A stretch of 64,000 nt of DNA, from positions 4,659 to 68,658 of the forward strand of contig CADAOO010000004.1 in assembly GCA_902789505.1 (NCBI GenBank). Direction: 5' to 3'. Below the pieces are notes generated by a model that saw only the letters and a list, made by a program, of their open reading frames with translations, was not told the origin of the DNA and ran no database searches. Below are positions 62,143 to 64,000 of the stretch, piece after piece; position 1 is the first letter of the stretch, and every line of letters begins with the position of its first letter. The DNA is from an uncultured Methanobrevibacter sp. GTDB lineage: Archaea; Methanobacteriota; Methanobacteria; Methanobacteriales; Methanobacteriaceae. The position numbers were made by a program, and so were the translations under genes.

Positions 62143-62453
62143 ATGGTGAAATACTGTCCGAATTGTGGAGAAAAGCATATGGACGATGCCAAGTTCTGCA
62201 AAAAATGCGGAGCAACGTTCAAAGGCAATGCTCAGGCGGCAGGTGTCCCCGAACCTCCAGTATATGAAAAGTCATATACTGGCCATATCATAGTGGGCTA
62301 CATATTGGACATTATCTTTCCGTTGCTTGGACTGATATTGGGAATTTACCTTATGACAAGAAAGGACTCCGAAACTGCCAACACCAAGGAAAGTATGTGC
62401 TGATTGTGGCGATTTTGATAATGGCAATTTCAATTTTAAGCAGATTTATATAA
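62143..62453 (+). pseudogene. Zinc-ribbon + two-TM membrane protein, frameshift near 62380
   Basis: YCPNCG...FCKKCG, TM1. Adding one A gives [25 protein letters not shown] (stop 62453). Confidence 0.75.
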
Positions 62454-62460
62454 TTATCAA

Positions 62461-63651
62461 GTGATATTCATGTCAGAGTATGATTTACTGAGGGATTTTG
62501 TAGAGCGGGACAGCGAAAAGTCAAAGCTGCTGAAAAGCCTAAAGCAGCCGATTATGCGGGAAGTCAATGCTTCCATCCTGAATACACGCACTGATGCCAA
62601 GTTAAAGGATATAGAATATGATAAAATTCTAATGGCTCAAAAAATGGAAGTGTGTGAGTGTAATGATTCAATGATGGACATTGCTCCTTCAAAATACTGT
62701 CCAAAATGCGGCAGTCAGTTCAGCGAGGAGGAAAACTTCTGTCCCGAATGCCTTGTAACGCTTAAGGCCATCACCGATACGGTTGACATCAAGAGAATAG
62801 AGTTCAATCCAAATCTTGAATATGTCCGGAAAAACTCACAGGACAACATACTGACACAGGAAAACATCAATCTTATAAACGAATTCGACTTTAACATGGA
62901 TGACTTCAACAAGGTCACACACTCAATCAAGGCCCAGGCATTCAGGAATCTGGACAGTCTGATTAAGAATAACGGAATTGACCTTTACGAACTGGATGTC
63001 CTCGACAAGGTCATTCTCTTTGCAAAATCATTCGTATTTGTTGAATACAAGTCATACGGAGGACAGCTCGGATATTTTGAATTCGACAAGATTTATGTCG
63101 ACGACCGTCAGAGAAACTCCCTTCAAATCACAACCCTGATTCATGAGCTTACACACTTTCTCATAAAGGAGATTCTCACAAGGATAGTATGCTTAATCCT
63201 TGACTGCACCAAAAACAGTCATGTCGAATCTGTAATTACATATATATTGACCAGCTCTGTTTTCAACAATCTCATCGATGAATATGCAGCCCACAGTGTC
63301 GAGGGAAGATTTACAATATTCGGATATCAGGATTACTCTTCATTTCTGGCCCTTCAGGATGACCTTGACGGCGAACATGTGGACATTGCAAAGACAATCG
63401 GAAACACATTCTCAATCTATATCAAGGAGCTTATGGAAGGTTTTCTTGACTGGGATTTGAGAAAGGAAATCAAGGACCAGTTCCTGGCAGACACCATCGA
63501 AAGGCCGAACTACTCCCAGCTCAGCTTTGAAAGCTGCAACAAACTTTCCGATGAAGGTTTTCTAAAGGCGATATGGCTGATTCTAACCGACGGATTTGAA
63601 AACATCGACATGGAAGTCGTCAACAGATACATGGAAGAATACGGAAGCTAA
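62461..63651 (+). CDS. Zinc-ribbon + HExxH metallopeptidase-domain protein
   Basis: YCPKCG...FCPEC. TTLIHELTHFL...DEYAAHSVEGRF...GYQDYSSF. Confidence 0.82.
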   Translation: MIFMSEYDLLRDFVERDSEKSKLLKSLKQPIMREVNASILNTRTDAKLKDIEYDKILMAQKMEVCECNDSMMDIAPSKYCPKCGSQFSEEENFCPECLVTLKAITDTVDIKRIEFNPNLEYVRKNSQDNILTQENINLINEFDFNMDDFNKVTHSIKAQAFRNLDSLIKNNGIDLYELDVLDKVILFAKSFVFVEYKSYGGQLGYFEFDKIYVDDRQRNSLQITTLIHELTHFLIKEILTRIVCLILDCTKNSHVESVITYILTSSVFNNLIDEYAAHSVEGRFTIFGYQDYSSFLALQDDLDGEHVDIAKTIGNTFSIYIKELMEGFLDWDLRKEIKDQFLADTIERPNYSQLSFESCNKLSDEGFLKAIWLILTDGFENIDMEVVNRYMEEYGS

Positions 63652-63690
63652 CAAAAAAGTTTTTCAAACAGTAGATTTATAGTTGATATT

Positions 63691-64000
63691 ATGAACTTCG
63701 AGGAAAAGATTTTAGATATGGAAAGGGCATTTGCTAAGGAATCCTCACGCGATGCCTGTGAAAACGTTGGAGATTTATCCCTTACTTTTATTTTTAAATT
63801 TCAGGTCTTTGAACCGTGCAGATACATATCAGAGGATGAGGATTGGATTACATTTCTGATAGTTCCTCCGGATGAAAACTTTGAAAGCCAGATCATGTCA
63901 CTTAGAAAGGATGAAATAGTAAGCTTCGGCATCCTCAACGAAAAAAATCTGGCGGAATTCAGTGCAATATCTCAAGAAATCGAACCTGAGAGTCTGTACC
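63691..64000 (+). CDS. Hypothetical protein, partial (runs off the right edge)
   Basis: Open frame MNFEEKILDMERAFAKE... to the window end. Confidence 0.65.
   Translation, partial: MNFEEKILDMERAFAKESSRDACENVGDLSLTFIFKFQVFEPCRYISEDEDWITFLIVPPDENFESQIMSLRKDEIVSFGILNEKNLAEFSAISQEIEPESLY

Overview
AT-rich archaeal DNA, most likely a Methanobrevibacter-like methanogen (pseudomurein-binding repeats, a PeiW-like lysin, adhesin-like proteins, GGTGA-type RBS). Bases ~1-28 kb form a very AT-rich defence island. It holds a 5'-truncated HEAT-repeat/PIF1 helicase and two orphan hsdS + tyrosine recombinase cassettes, with no hsdR or hsdM in the window. It also holds an AbrB-like gene plus a HEPN-motif protein, a Sau96I/Eco47II-type C5 methyltransferase with two paralogous endonucleases, and a KwaA-like membrane protein directly upstream of an Avs2-like STAND ATPase. 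A free-standing Avs4-like C-terminus, viral remnants (HNH, pseudomurein endoisopeptidase) and an Mrr + two McrB + LlaJI/McrC cluster complete it. Bases ~28-64 kb are an accessory region. It carries a PFL-activase-like radical SAM gene behind two Cys-rich-leader proteins with Gly-centred repeats (candidate new RiPP-like system) and a secreted GGGEYTP multi-repeat protein. It also has many zinc-ribbon, TPR, SseB and HExxH proteins, a four-copy small-protein family, DUF2779, an ABC-ATPase/nuclease pair, adhesins and unannotated zinc-finger microproteins. Several genes carry single-base frameshifts or nonsense codons that may be assembly errors. All family assignments come from motif recognition by eye, without database searches.
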